The notes under the pieces were generated by a model. The model did not search any database. It saw only the letters and a list, made by a program, of their open reading frames with translations, and was not told the DNA's origin. A program made the translations under genes and the position numbers. DNA of 64,000 nt from the human T2T-CHM13v2.0 reference genome, Homo sapiens. Below are positions 1 to 14,235 of this stretch, one piece after another; the stretch's first letter is position 1, and each line of letters starts with the position of its first letter. Location of the stretch: the NCBI RefSeq assembly GCF_009914755.1, contig NC_060943.1; one strand, given 5' to 3'.

Positions 1-59
1 CTCTATAGGTAAGGCTCTCCCTTCAGCTTTTATAAGGATTTTTTTCTTTATATATATAT

Positions 60-282
60 TTTTAAAATTTTTAAGTTCCAGGATGCATGTTCCGGGTGTG
101 CAGTTTGTAACATAGGTCAACGTGTGTCATGGTGATTTTCCGCACCTATCAACGCAGCACCTAGGTATTAAGCCCAGCGTGCATTAACTATTTTTCCTAA
201 CGCTCCCTCACTCCCCAGCCCACCCCGTGACAGACCCCAGTGTGTATTTTTCTCCTGCCTTGTCCGTGTGTTCTCATTGTAT
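60..282 (-). mobile_element. L1PA 3'-end fragment
   Basis: T-rich tail followed by L1PA 3'UTR (cacctaggtattaagcccagc...gttctcattgt). Confidence 0.8.
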
Positions 283-769
283 ATTTGATTTTCTGTAGTT
301 TGAAAATAATATGCCTACGTGTACTTTTTCTGGCATTTATCATACTCGGAGTGGTCTGAGCTTCTAGGATCTGAGATTTAATTTCTGATATTAATTTGGA
401 GAAATTCTCGGTAATTATTGTTTCAATTTTTTCATTTGTCTTTCTTCTCTTGCTGGTATTTCCATGACACCTATGTTAACATTTTGTAGTTGTCCCAGTT
501 GGATATTCTCTTCTGCTTGTTTCCCTCCACTCTTTTTTCTCTTTGCTTTTCAATTTTGCAGGATCCTATGATATATCCTCAAGCTCAGAGATTCTTCCCT
601 CAGCCATGTCCAGTCTACTAGTAAGCCCATGAAAAGTATTCTTCGTTTCATCTTCCTCCTACCCCTCTCCCTCCCCTCCCCTTCCTCCTCCACGTCCTCC
701 TCTCTTTCTTCTCCTTCTCCCTTTCTTCTCCTCCTCCTCCTTTTCTTCTGATTATTTTTTAAAATAGGG

Positions 770-1040
770 ACAGAGTCTCACTCTATCACCCAGCCTGGAC
801 TACAGTGGTGCAATCACAGCTCACTGCAGCCTTGAATTTCTGGGCTCGAGCGATCCACTGGCCTTAGCCTCCCAAGTTGTTGGGATTGCAGGTGTGCACC
901 ACCGCATCTGAACAATTTTTTTTTTTTTGGTACAGATGGGGTCCTGATATTTTGACCCAGTTGGTCTCAAACTCCTGGACTTAAGCAATCCTCCCACCTC
1001 AATCTCCCCAGGCACTGAGATGACAGGTGTGGGCCACCAG
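770..1040 (-). mobile_element. AluJ
   Basis: Diverged Alu dimer. Confidence 0.85.
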
Positions 1041-1570
1041 TCCATTCCTTATTTCTGTTACAATCGATTTGACTTTTAGCATTTCTTTTGTCTCTTTCCT
1101 AGAATTATCATCTCAGCTGACATTGCTTATCTGTGTTTCCTTGCTGTCTATTTTGTCTACTAGAACCCTTGGCACATTAATCATAGTTGTTTTAAATTCC
1201 CAGTCTGATTATTTTGACATGCCCACCTTATCTGGGTCTGTTTGTGATGCCTTCTCTCTCTCTTCAAACAGTCTTTTAGTATGCCTTGTAATTTTTTTCT
1301 TGATACCCAGACATGAAGTACTTGGGTAAAAGAACTGTTTTAAATAAGCCTTTAGCAATATGGCAGTAAGGTATGGGGAGGGGAATCATTCTATAGACCT
1401 ATGCTTAGATATCAGCCCCCATCAGCAGATGTGCTAATCAGGATCCCCTGACACCACCTCCCTTAGGTGGAACAGGATGACTAGAGCTGGCAAGAGTTGG
1501 GTATTTTCTTTTTCCAGTGAAACTGTAATAAAACTCCAGTAGGTTAGGTTCTGGTTCAATTGTTTCTCCT

Positions 1571-2621
1571 CATTTGGAGTCTTTCATTGTTCTCTCCTGC
1601 CTGATTGCTCTGGCTAGGTCTTCTAGTACTATGTTCAATAGCAGTGGTGAGAGTGGGCATCCTTGTGTGGTTCCACTTCTTAAAGGGAATGCTTCTAGCT
1701 TTTGCCCATTCAGTATGATGTTGGCTGTGGGTTTGTCGTAGATGGTTACTATTTTGAAGTATGTTCCTTCAATGCCAAATTTGTTGAGGGTTTATGACAT
1801 GAAGGGATGTTGAATTTTATTGAAAGCCCGTTCTGTGCCTATTGAGATGTGGTTTTTGTTTTAAATTCTGTTTATCAACTCATCATCTAGGTTTTAAGCC
1901 CCACATGCATTAGGTATTTGTCCTTATGCTCTCCCTCACCCTTTCCCCCACCCACCAACAGGCCCTGGTGTGTGATGTTCCCCTCCCTGTGTCAAACCAC
2001 CATGGCACATGTATACCTATGTAACAAATGTGCACGTTCAGCACATGTATCCCAGAACTTAAAGTAAGAAAAAAAGTTCTCATCTTTCTTTTCTTATATA
2101 AAAGATAGATACAATGATACTGGTGAGAATTAAATAAATTTATACATGTAAAACACCTCACCTAGAACATAACACCCAAACACAGGCTACATAAATTAAT
2201 GTTTGTCCATAAAAAATGCATAAAAAATTCCGTTTATGTGCTGAATCACATGTACTGATTTGCATATGTTGAAAAGAATGAAGTCATGTCCTTTGCAGCA
2301 ACATGGAGGCAGCTGGAGGCCGTCGTCCTAAGCAAACTAATGCGGGAACAGAAAAACCAAATGCTACATGATCTTACTGGTAAGTGGGAGTTAGGCACTG
2401 ACTACACATGGACACAAAGATAGCAACAACACACACTAGAAACTATTCGGTGGGGGAGGGAGGGAGAGGGGCGTGGGTGGAAAAACTACCTATCAGCTAC
2501 TACGCTTACTACCTGTGTGATGGCACCATTTGTACAGCAAACGTCAGCAACATGCAATTTACCCATGTAACAAGCCTGCACATACACCTCCTGAATCTAA
2601 AATAAAAGTTGAAAAGAGGAA
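1571..2621 (+). mobile_element. 5'-inverted (twin-primed) L1 hosting a second inverted L1PA at 1876-2224
   Basis: Antisense ORF2 fragment joined to a sense 3'UTR; TSD aattgtt(t/c)ctcct at 1558-1570 and 2622-2634. Confidence 0.75.
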
Positions 2622-3565
2622 AATTGTTCCTCCTGAGGGTAGATCTTCATAGGAAGAACAGAATACTCTGGCGTATTTCAAAATGGGTCATTGTTCCTCC
2701 TCCCCTAACAGAAGTATGAGGGGTCTTTTCTCCTGCTTTTACAATGAGGACTTGACAGACCTCTTAGAGGTAAAACCAACAAAAGTGTGGGAACCCCCTC
2801 CAATAACTGGGTCCCCAGGAGTTTTGACCTCTCAGATTTGTCTATACCAAGCCTTCAGTAATTCTTCAATTACAGTAAACATTTCCCTTCTCTGATATTG
2901 GTTCCTCCAGAGGTTGCAATGGATGGATTTCTTTTACAATAAGTTGTGATTCCCTCTACTTGCCTGTTGGTCTTTCCAATTTGGGGAGCTGCAGTTTGCC
3001 CTGTGACATCTTTTACCAATCAAGACTGCTGAGTTTTCAGTTTATTCAGCTTTTTACTTATTGTCGGGAACCAGCAGCAACTTTCAGCTTCTTACATGCC
3101 AGATCAGAAACTGGAAGTCAAATATAAGTTCATTTTTTATATAACTACCATATCAACTTAAGTTTTGTTTATAACTTACTAAAAAGAACAAGTGCCTTAG
3201 TTTGTCCTGACATCCAATAAATGCTCTAATATCGGGATTACTTAAAGAGCATTTTTCTAATCAGAATGCAAACAAGAACTACATGTTAATTCAGTTATGT
3301 CTTTTAGGGACTTTTATTCTATAATCCTCATTCTCCTTCAATTTTTGACATTTGTTTTTGAGATAGTCTAGATTATTATTTTCTTATAGAAAGTCATACA
3401 AGCTATATTAGCACGTTGTTTCATGACAGCGTCATTTCACACGTTCGCAGTAGAATTTAAGAGTGGAAGAAGGAGAAGACAGAGATGCTAACAAGAGAAC
3501 TTGGACTTATCTCTTTCTGGAGAGAAGTCAGGGAATTGTCATGAGATCACAAATCAAGACAGATG

Positions 3566-3700
3566 GGCTGGGTGTGGTAGCTCATGCCTCTAGTCCTAGC
3601 ATTTCAGGAGTCCAAGGAGGGAGGATCATTTGAGACCAGGAGTTCAAGACTAGCCTTTGCAATATAGCAAGATCTCATCTGTACAAAAATTTTTTGAAAA
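3566..3700 (+). mobile_element. Alu left monomer (FLAM/AluJ-like)
   Basis: ggctgggtgtggtagctcatgcc...tgtacaaaaa. Confidence 0.75.
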
Positions 3701-5010
3701 TTTAATTGGAGGTAATGAATTCCCCTTCACCCCCACTATGAACATACCCTTACCCCTAGAGTTTTCTGATTTACTCTTTGGCCCATTGAGCATGAATTTT
3801 CTGATACTGCATCCCCTTCCGATAAGGGAGAAGAAATTATTACTCCCACCTCTCCTCTCCTCCTCCTGCCTGGACTCTGTATTCTGGGTTAAACTATGAT
3901 TTATTTTAAGGATTTATAACGCCAGACACATGTAGCTGAGCCTTCTGCACAGAGAAATATTGGGAGTGGAGGCTAATTGGGTCAAAGGAAAGAGCCTTAA
4001 ACCTACACTACAGCCTATCAGGGTGAATCAGAGGTCTACATTGCCCTACTCTTGTCTCACCTACTGCCACAATCTAGGTGAAGGTTTGGACCATAGAACG
4101 AGGAACTTGTGTGGAGACTTTTAGCCCCATAGATGCCCTCAGACCAGTCTGCAGGACACTCTGCCCTGACCTGCCCCAGCTTTGCACACATATTCTCCAG
4201 TCCTTGAAAGGAAACTGCCCCCTTCAAAGCTTACAAGTTTCTCCTCCTGGCTCAGCACGGGGAGCAAGTTCTCTAGATAGCTTCTTGTTAAATAAAATGG
4301 TAGGGAAGAAAACCCAGGCAGCTGAGCATAGAAGGGGATGAGCAACAAGCTTCCTCTCCAAACATGATTTTCCGTCCAAGGTCATGAGCACTCCCTGGTC
4401 TGCTTACATTTACCTTATGCTAGATTTCTGGTCAGCACAACAGCATGCAAAGCTTCAGCAGCTTCCTTCTAGATGGAGCTGTGGTGGTTCCTGTTTAGGC
4501 AGTTGTGCTCGAGAATCTTCTCCTCCAGGACTACTGGGCAAGGTCTAGTGCAAAGGAGTTCCCCAACACTTTTATCTACTTTCATTTGAATTTTTAAATT
4601 AAACATTGAACTCAGCACAAAGAGAGGCGAGGATCATGATTATTGGGTAGATTCTACTTCCAAATATTGTAATTGCAATTCCTTGTGTAATTATTATAGC
4701 ACTAGGGCTACCAGAGCTTTAAAATCTGTTCTCAAGATTCTGAAGGTAGTAAGTGGTTTGGCTGGCATTTGACATATATTTTCAATGAGTTTAAAATTAG
4801 TTTTCTTGCCTGTATACCACTCTGCCTGACTAACCTTAAAATAATCTCTTTAAAATATCTGTGATATTTACCTAACTACATTTTTATAATGTCATTCAAT
4901 ACTATACTTATTGCATAAATATTTTACATACTTATCATGTAAGTATACAAAATAGCACATATAGATCTTATGTTTCTCCATGAAGTTTTTAATTGTATCA
5001 GCTACATAAT

Positions 5011-5300
5011 TTTTTAAATTTTTTTATTTTAAGTTCTGGGATACATGTGCAGGATGTGCAGGTTTGTTACATAGGTATACATGTGCCATGGTGATTTGCT
5101 GCACCTATCAATCCATCATCTAGGTTTTAAGCCCTGCATGCATTAGGTATTTATCCTAATGCTCTCCTTCCCCTTCCCCACCACCCCCCGGCAGGCCCTC
5201 GTGTGTGATGTTCCCCTCCCTGTATCCGTGTGTTCTCATTGTTCAACTCCCACTTATGAGTGAGAACATGCGGTGTTTGGTTTTCTGTTCCTGTGTTAGT
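5011..5300 (-). mobile_element. 5'-truncated L1PA 3' end
   Basis: TSD ttgtatcag(c/g)tacataat at 4993-5010 and 5301-5318. Confidence 0.85.
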
Positions 5301-5414
5301 TTGTATCAGGTACATAATGTTTAATCATAGTTATATACTATCATTCATTCACCTTTGATCTACCCAAAACTATGAGAAGGGGAAAGAAAAGAATGAAAGG
5401 AAAGTGCGATCAAT

Positions 5415-6545
5415 CTGAATAGGCCTGTATCGATTAGAGCAATTAAATTAATAATTAATATCATTTAAAAACAGAAAGCCTCAGACCCAGATTGGTTCAC
5501 TGATGATTTCTACCAAATATTTAAGGAAGAAATTCTTACCAATTTTCTGCTTTATCTTTTAAAAGACAGAAGCAGGGGAAATATTTCCTAACTCATTTTA
5601 TGAGACCATCATTACCCTAATAGCAAACCTAGACAAAGACATTACCAGCAAAAAAAAAAAAAAAAAAAGAAAAGAGAAGAAGAAAATAAAAGAAAAAAAT
5701 TAGGAAGAAAGGGAGAGGTAAAACTATACAGATTAAAATCTACCTTGGACATACATGCAAAATTCCCAGCAAAATATTAGCAAATTGAATCCAACAATAT
5801 ATAAAAATAATTATACATTATAACCAAATGGGATTCATTGCAGGTATGCAAGGCTGGTTCAATATTTGAAAATCAAATAATGTAAACCATCACATTAGCA
5901 AGCTAAAGAAGAAAAATCACATGATTATATCAATAGATGCAAAAAAGCATGTGACGAAATCCCACACCCATTCATAATTAAAAATTATCAGTAAGGTGGA
6001 AGTGGAGAGAATGCCTTCAACTTAGTAAAGAATATCTTCAAAAACCTACAGATAGCATCATACTTAATGGAAAGAAACGACAAGCTTTCCCACTAAGGTT
6101 AGAAACCAGACTAGAATTTCCCCTCTTGTCACTACTTTTCAATATTGCACTGGAAGTACTAAATGCAATAAGACAAGAGAAAGAAATAAAAAATACTTGG
6201 ATTGGGCAGGAAGAGATAAAACTGTTTTTGTTTGCAAATGGGATGATGGTCTATGTAAAAAATCTAAAAGAACCAACAAAAACCCTCCTGGAACTAATAA
6301 GACATTATAGCAAGTTTGAAGGATACAATGTTAGTATATAAAAGTCAAACACTATATAGCAGCAGTAAACGTGAAATTGGAAATTAAAAATGCAATACTA
6401 TTGACATTAGTATCCCCATAAAATGCTTACATATAAATTTTAAAAATGTACAAGATTTATATGTGGAAAATCGCAAATTTCTAATGAAAGAAATCAAAGA
6501 ATTGAATGTAGACATATTCCATGTTCCTGGGTAGAAAAACTCAGT
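5415..6545 (+). mobile_element. Old L1 ORF2 (RT region) fragment
   Basis: Degenerate ORF2 peptide [20 protein letters not shown]...IKLFLFANGMMVY. Confidence 0.8.
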
Positions 6546-6549
6546 ATCT

Positions 6550-7400
6550 ATTTTTTATATCGTTTTTCTCTTTTTTATTGATACATAATAATTGTACATA
6601 TCTGTGGGTTACATGTGATATGGTGATATAAATATACAAAGTGTAATGGTTGAATCTGGGTAATGGGATATCCTTCCCCTCAAACATCTGTTATTTCTTT
6701 ATGTTGGGAATATTTCATTATTGTCTTCTATCTATTTTGAAATATACAGTAAGTTATTGTTAACCATAGTCACCCTACTGCACTATTGAACACAGAACTG
6801 ATTTCTTCTATCTAACTGTATTTTTGCAATCATTAACCAACCGATCTTCATTCAACTTCAACCTTTCCAAGCCTCTGGTAACCATTATTCTACTCTTTAT
6901 CTCTTGAGATCAACTTTTTTGGTTCCCACATATGAGTGAGAACATGTCATACTTGTTTTTCTGTGCCTGGCTTATTTCACTTTACATAATTATGTGCATT
7001 TCTATCCATTTTGCTGCAAAGGAGAGGATTTCATTCTTTGTAATGGCTATCGACTATTCTGCTGTGTATTTGTACATTTTCTTTGTCCATTCATCTCTTG
7101 ATGGACACTTAGACTGATTCCATATCTTGGCTATTGTGAATAGTTTTGCTGTAAATGTGGGTGGGGAGGTGGAAATATCTCTTTGATATATTGATTTCCA
7201 TTCTTTTTAATATATACCAAGCAATGGGATTGTTGAATCATATTGTAGATGCATTTTTAGGGTTTTTTTTTTTTTTTTGAGGAACCTCCATACTGTTCTG
7301 CATAGCGATTGTACTAATTTACACTCCCACCGGCAGGATATGAGTGTTCCCTTCTTTCTGCTTCTCTGACAGCATCCATTATTTTTTCTATTTTTAAATA
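6550..7400 (-). mobile_element. L1MA-type 3' end; appears to resume at ~13285-13575
   Basis: L1MA 3'UTR text, split by the L1PB element below. Confidence 0.7.
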
Positions 7401-10400
7401 CATTTTTTTATTTCAATGGCTTTTGGGGTAAAAGTGGATTTTGGTTACAAGGATGAATTCTACAGCGATGAAGTCTGAGATTTTAGTGCACCCATCACCT
7501 GTATAGCATACACTGCATCCAATATATAGTTTTTTGTCCTTCACCACCATTCCCCTCTTCTGAGTCTCCAATGCCTGTTATACCACTGTGTATACCTTTG
7601 CATACCTATAGTTTAGCTCTCACTTATAAGTGAGGTCATACAGTATTGGGTTTTCCATTTCTGAGTTACTTCACTTAGAATAATGACCTCCAGCTCCATC
7701 CAAGTTTCATTCTTTTTTATGTTTGAGTAGTATTCTGTGGGAGTATCTATACCACATTTCCTTTATCCACTCATCAATTAATGAGCACTTAGGATGGTTC
7801 CACATCTTTGCAATTGTGAATTGTGTTGTAATAAACATGTGCATGTGTCTTTTTGGTATAGTGACTTCTTTTCCTCTGGGTAGATACCCAGTAGTGGGAT
7901 TGCTGAATCAAATGGTAGATCCACCTTCAGTTTTTAAAGAAATCGCCATACTGCTTTCCATAGAGGTTGTAATTTACAGTCCCACCAGCAGAGTAGGAGC
8001 ATTCGCTTTTCGTGACATCCACACCAACATCTATTGTTTTCTGGCTTTTTAATTATGCCCATTCTGGCGGGGGTAAGGTGGTATTTTATTGTGGTTTTAA
8101 TTTGCATTTCACTGATGATTAATGGTATTGAATATTTTTTCATGTGTTTGTTGCCATTTGTATACCTTCTTTTCAGTAATGTCTATTCATGTCCTTTGCC
8201 CCCTTTTGGATGGGATATTTTTTTCTTGCTGATTTGTTTGAGTTCCTTGTAGACTCTGGATATTAGTCCTTCATCAGATGCATGGTTTGCAAATATATTC
8301 TCTCCCATTCTGTGAGTTTTCTGTTTACCCTGCTGATTATTTCTTCTTCTGTGTAGCAGCTTTTTAGTTTAATTAGGACCTATTTATTTATTTTTGGTTT
8401 TGTTGCATTTGCCTTTGGAATGGTAGTCATAAATTCTTTGCCTAGGCCAAAGTCCAGAAGTGTTTTCCTAGGTCTTCTTCTAGAATTTTTATGGTTTCAG
8501 GCCTTATAATTGTCTTTGATCCATTTTCAGTTGATTATTTTACATGGTTAGAGAAATGAATCCAGTTTCATTTTTCTACGTGTGGTTATCCAGTTTTCCC
8601 AGCACGATTTATTGAATAGGGTGTCCTTTCCCCAGTTTAGGTTTTTGTATGCTTTGTCAAAGATCGGGTGGTTCTAAGTATATGGCTTTATTTCTGGAGT
8701 CTCCTTTTTGTTCCATTGGTCTGTATATCCACTTTTATACCGGTACCATACTGTTTTGGTTACTATAGCCTTGCAATATAATGTAAAGTCAGGTAATATG
8801 ATGCCTTCAGGTTTGTTCTTTTTCTCAGGACTTTTTTGGTTGTTTGGGCTCTTTTTTTCTTCTGTATAAATTTTAGGATTGCTTTTTCTAGTTCTGTGAA
8901 AAATAATGATGGCATTTTGATGGGCATTGGATTGATCTATAGATGGCTTTGGACAGTGTGGTCATTTTCACAATATTGATTCTTCCAATCCATGAGTGTG
9001 GAATCTATTTCCATTTGTTTGTGTCATCTGTGATGTTCTCCAGCAGTATTTTGTAGTACTCTGCTTCTAGAGCTCTTTCACCTTCTTGGTTAAGTATATT
9101 TCTCAACATTTTATTTTTTGCAGCTACTATAAAAGGGATTATGTCATTGATTTGATTATCAGTTTGGTTTTTGTTGGTGTATCCCAGTGCTACTGATTTG
9201 TGTACATTGATTTTGTAACCTGAGATTTTGCTAAAATAACTTATCAAATCTAGGAGTCTTTTGGTGGAGTTCTTAGAGTTTTCTAGGTATACGATCATAT
9301 CATCAGCAAACAGTGATAGTTTGACTTTCTATTTTATAATTTGGATGTTCTTTATTTCTTTCTCTTGCCTGATTGCTGTAGCTGGGACTTCCAGTACTAT
9401 GTTTTTGTTTTTCTGGTGGTTGTTTGTTTGTTTAGACAGAGTCTCGCTCTGTCACCCAGGCTGGAGTGCAGTGGTGCAATCTTGGCTCACTGCAACCTCC
9501 ACCTGCCATGTTCAAGCCTCAGCCTCCTGAGCAGCTCGGACTACAGGAGCACACCACCAAGTCCGGCTAATTTTTGTATTTTCAGTAGAGATGAGCTTTC
9601 ACCATGTTGGCCGGGCTGATCTCGAACTCCTGACCTCGAGTGATCTGCCTGCCTCAGCCTCCCAAAGTGCTGGAATTACAGGTGTGAGCCACTGCGCCTG
9701 GCCCCCAGTACTTTGTCAAATGGAAGTGGTGAAAGTGGGCATCCTTGTTTCAGTTCTTAGGAGGAATGCTTTCAAGTTTACCCCATTCAGGATGGTGTTG
9801 TCTGTGGGTTTGTCACATAAGGCTTTTATTATTTTGAGGTATACTCCTTCTATGCCTAGTTTGTTGAAGATTTTTATCATAAAGGGATGCTGGATTTTAT
9901 AGAATGCTTTTTCTGTGTCTGTTGAGATGATTATATGGTTTTTGCTTTTAATTCTGTTTATGTGGTTAATGACATTTATTGACTTGCATATGTTGAACAT
10001 CCCTGCATTTCAGGGATGAAACCCACGTGACAATGGTATATAATCCTTCTGATGTGCTGTTGGATTTGGTTAGCTAATATTTTGTTGAGGATCTTTGCAT
10101 CTATGTTCATTAAGGATATTGGTCTGTAGTTTTCTTATTTTGTTATGTCCTTTCCTGGTTTTGTTATCAGAGTGACACTGAATTAATAAAATAAGTTAGA
10201 AAATATTCCCTCTTTATTAATCTTTTGGACTAGTTTCAGTAGGATTGGTACTAATTCTTTTTTGAGTGTCTGGTAGAATTTGACTGTGAATTCATCTGGC
10301 TTTGGGGTTTTTTGTTGTTTTTGGCAATTCGTTAGTTACTGACTCAATCTCATGGCTTTTTATTGGTTTGTTTGGGATTTCTATTTCTTCCTATTTCAAG

Positions 10401-13270
10401 CTAGGGGAGTTTTGTTTCCAGGAATTTACCCATTTCCTCTAACTTTTCTAGTTTGTATGCATAGAGGAGTTCATACTAGTTTTGAGTAATCTTATATTTC
10501 TGTGGTGTCAGTTGCAATGCCTCCATTTTTATTTCTAATCAAGCTAATTTGAATCTTCTCTCTTCTTTTCTTGGTTAATCTAGCTAATGATCTATCAATT
10601 TTATTTATCTTTTCAAAGAACAAACTTTTTGTTTCACTAATCTTTTGTGTATTTTAATTCAATTTCATTTAGTTCTGCTCTGCTTTTTGCCATTTCTTTT
10701 CTTCTGCTAGCTTTGGGTTTGGTTTGTTCTTGTTTCTCTAGTTTCTTCAGGTGTGACCTTTAATTGCCAACTTCTGATCTTTCAGACTTTTTGATATAGG
10801 CATTTAGCATGATAACCCTTCCTCTTAGCACTGTTTTGCAGTATCCCAGAGGTTTGGATAACCTGTGTCACTATTATCACTCATTTCAAAGAATTTTTAA
10901 AATTTTCATCTTGATTTCATTGTTAACTCAAACATCATTCAGGAGCAGATTGTTTAATTTTCGTGTATTTGTATAGCTTTGAGAGTTCCTTGTGGTGTTG
11001 ATTTCTAGTTTCATTTCACTGTAGTCTGAGAAGATACTTGATATGACTTGGATTTTTAAAAACTTATTGTGGTTTATCATATGGTCTATCTTGGAGAATA
11101 TTCCATGTGTTGATGAAAAATGTATATTCTGCAGTTCTTGCATAGAATATTCTGTGAATATCTGTTAAGTCCTTTGTTATGGAGTGCAGTTTAAGTCCAG
11201 TGTTTCTTTGCTAACTTTCTGCCTTGATGATCTGTCCATGAGTGTTAAAATCCCCCAGTATTATTGTGCTGCTGTTTATCTCTTTTCGTAGTTCCAGTAG
11301 TAATTGTTATATGAATCTGGGAGTTCCATAGTCAGGTGCATATATATTTAGGGTTGTAATATCTCCTCTTTGAAGATCAATCTTGTTGATTCATCATTTT
11401 ATCATTATATAGGGTCCTTATTTGTCTTTTTTTACGTTGTTGCTTTAAAGTCTGTTTTATCTGATATAAGAACAATTACTCTTGCTTGCTTTTGGTTTCT
11501 ATTTGAGTGGAATATCTTTTTCAATCCCCTTTACCATGAGTCTTTAAGAATATTTACATGTTAGGTAAGTCTCTTGAAGACAGCAGATGTTCGGTTTGTA
11601 ATTTTTTTTATCCATTCTGACCATCTATATATTTTAACTGGAGTATTTAGATGATTTACATTCAACATTAATACTGAGATGTGAGGTACTGTTCCAGTCA
11701 TCATGTTGTTACTTGGACACTTTGTTTTCTTTGTTGCATTATTATTTTACAGGCCCTGTGAGTTTCATGTTTTCAGGAGGTTCCATTCTGGTGCACATCA
11801 ACCTTTTGTTGCAAGATTTAGAAATTGTTTTAGCATCTCTTGTAGGGCTGGTCTGTTAGAGACAAATTCTCTTAGCATTTTCTCATCAGAAAAAGACTTT
11901 ATTTCTCCTTCATTTTTGAAACTTAGTTTTGTTGGATACAAAATTCCTGGCTGACAGTTTTTTTCTGTAAAAGGTGGCTAAAGATAGGACCTCAATCCCT
12001 TTGGCTTGTAAGGTTTCTGCTGAGAAGTCTGCTGTTAGTCTGATAGGTTTTCCTTTATAGGTTACAGGATGCTTTTGTCTCACTGCCCTTAGCATTTTTT
12101 TCCTTCATGTTGACTTTAGATACCCTGATGACTATGTGCCTTGGCCATGTCCTTTTTGCAAAGAATTTCCCAGGAGTTCGTTGAGCTTCTTATATTTAGA
12201 TGTCTAAATCTCTAGTGAGGTCAGGAAAGTTTTCCTCAATTATTCCCTCAAATAAGTTTTCCAAATTTTTGGCTTTCTCTTCTCCCTCAGGAACATCAAT
12301 GATTCTTATACTTGGCCATTGTACATAATCTTATATTTCTTGGATACCCTGTCGATTTCTTATAGTTCTTTTTTCTTTATTTTTGTCCAGTTGGGTTAGC
12401 TCAAAAGCCTTGTCTTTAAGCTCTGAAATTCTTTCTTCTAATTGGTCTAGACTACTTTAAAACTTTCCACTGCATTTTGTAAGTCTCTAAATGTGTCTTT
12501 CATTTCCGGAAGTTCTGTTTGATTTTTCTTTAACACATCTCTCTCTTTAGAAAATTTTTATTTATATCTTGAACTAATTTTTAAATTTCTTTATGTTGAT
12601 TTTCACTTCTCTCTTGTATCTTCCTGAATAACTTAATAATTAGCCTTTTGATTTCCTTATCTGGTATTTCAAAGATTTCACCTTGGTTTGGATCTATTGC
12701 TGGAGAGCTAATGGATGTTATAGAACCCTGTTTTGTCATATTGACAGAATTATTTTTCTGATTTCCTCTAATCTGGTTAAACTATTTCTTCTAATTATTT
12801 TTGAATTTATTTTTTATTCAACTGTGATTTTTCTTATTTCCTTTTTCTCCTTGAGGATGTGACTTTAATGTTTATAGTTTATTTTAACCTATGGCTCTGG
12901 GTGCTTTCAGGGGTCCAATGATGTGATCTATCCTCAAGACTCCCAGCAGTGGGTAACAGCACCAGCTCTGATGGGGGTGGCAGAGGGGTGACGTAGATTC
13001 TGTGATATTGTTTGGTTATAAATAGGCTTAATTTGGCTTTCTCAAATGCCAGTTGTAGTAGTAATGAACTGGTCATGTGGACAGACTGAGAACCTCCTGA
13101 TTAACCAAGTTGATGCAGGCAATGGTGATAACCGAGGTCACACACAAGTTTTCTCCTTCCTGGTTGCTGTTATGTGCCTGCAGAGGTTATAATGGACTCT
13201 GTCAATTGGCCTACAGCCAGGATGTGAAGCTTGCAAAAGAGCACTAGCTGCAGTGGTAGCAGTGGGATTT
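7400..13270 (-). mobile_element. Long degenerate L1PB-type element (3'UTR, ORF2, ORF1)
   Basis: ORF2 fragments (7934-8143, 9005-9298, 9716-10000, 10928-11143) and ORF1 fragment YKGKPIRLTADFSAETLQA (11910-12095). Confidence 0.85.
9405..9703 (-). mobile_element. Alu inserted in L1PB
   Basis: Alu dimer flanked by ccagtact repeats. Confidence 0.85.
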
Positions 13271-14009
13271 GTGCTTGTCTTTTGTAATCTCGTTTGTCTA
13301 TTTCACCTTTGTTGTCTGTGCTGTTGAGTTCTTATCAAAAAAGTTCTTGCCCATATCAATGGCCTGAAGAATTTCCCCAATGTTTTCTTCAAGTAATTCA
13401 TAGCTTCAGGTCTTGCATTTAAGTCTTTAATCCATTTTGATTTGATTTTTGAATACAATAAGAGATAAGAGTTCAGTTTCATTATTCTGCATATGGACAT
13501 CCAGTTTTCTCACCACCATTTACTGAAGAGATTGTCTTTTCCCCATTGAATATTCTTGGCACCACTGATCTTTGACAAAGGTACAAAGAAAATGCAATGG
13601 TCCTGTACAAGAAAATATAATGTATTTGGAGATCAGAATCAAGGACAAGGCGACTGAGTGTAACAAGGGAGGGATATCGGCTGGAGAGATTTGACAAGTC
13701 AGCAGGGTGCAGAGATGCAGAATTCCTTAAGCTATGAACAGAGGTCAGCTTTACTAGTGGGACATTATTTTAAGACATTAACTGAGGATTCTCTCCTTCT
13801 CCTACCACCCTGCCACATTTTAGGTGCTTTTACCACTCTTGGAAAAAATTGTCTCCTAAATGTACAGTCCTCTAAAAATGAAGAGATTATTCAAGAAGCA
13901 CAGATATTGGAATTTTTGCCTATGAGTTCCAAAACAGTATTTAAAGTCATGGTAGAAAAAAACTATCTTGAAAGGCAACATGCTTTATTAACCAGACTTT
14001 CTCAGAGAG

Positions 14010-14235
14010 CAGGTAATAATGGCTGTATTTATTGAGCATTCAATGTGCACCAGGCACAGTTCTGAGTCTCTCATATTTTGTCCTCAGGAAAACCCTGACA
14101 AAGGTAGCATTGTTGTCCCCATTATATGCTTGAGAAAACTGAAGAAAAGAGAGGAGAATTAACTTGCCCAAGCCACACAGCAAAGCTGAGACTTGAGCCC
14201 AAGTAGTCTGGTTCCAGATGTCATGCCTTTGGGAT
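14010..14235 (-). mobile_element. MIR
   Basis: tttattgagc...gaaaactga...aacttgcccaagccacacagc core. Confidence 0.7.

Larger units (their letters stand above)
283..3120 (-). mobile_element. Old L1M ORF1/5' region, interrupted by an Alu and nested L1s
   Basis: Antisense ORF1-like text; ends cagaaactggaagtc like an L1M 5' terminus; subfamily uncertain. Confidence 0.55.

Noticed and set aside
7400-13270. Potentially active full-length L1
   Set aside because: ORF1 and ORF2 are broken into short pieces and interrupted by an Alu.
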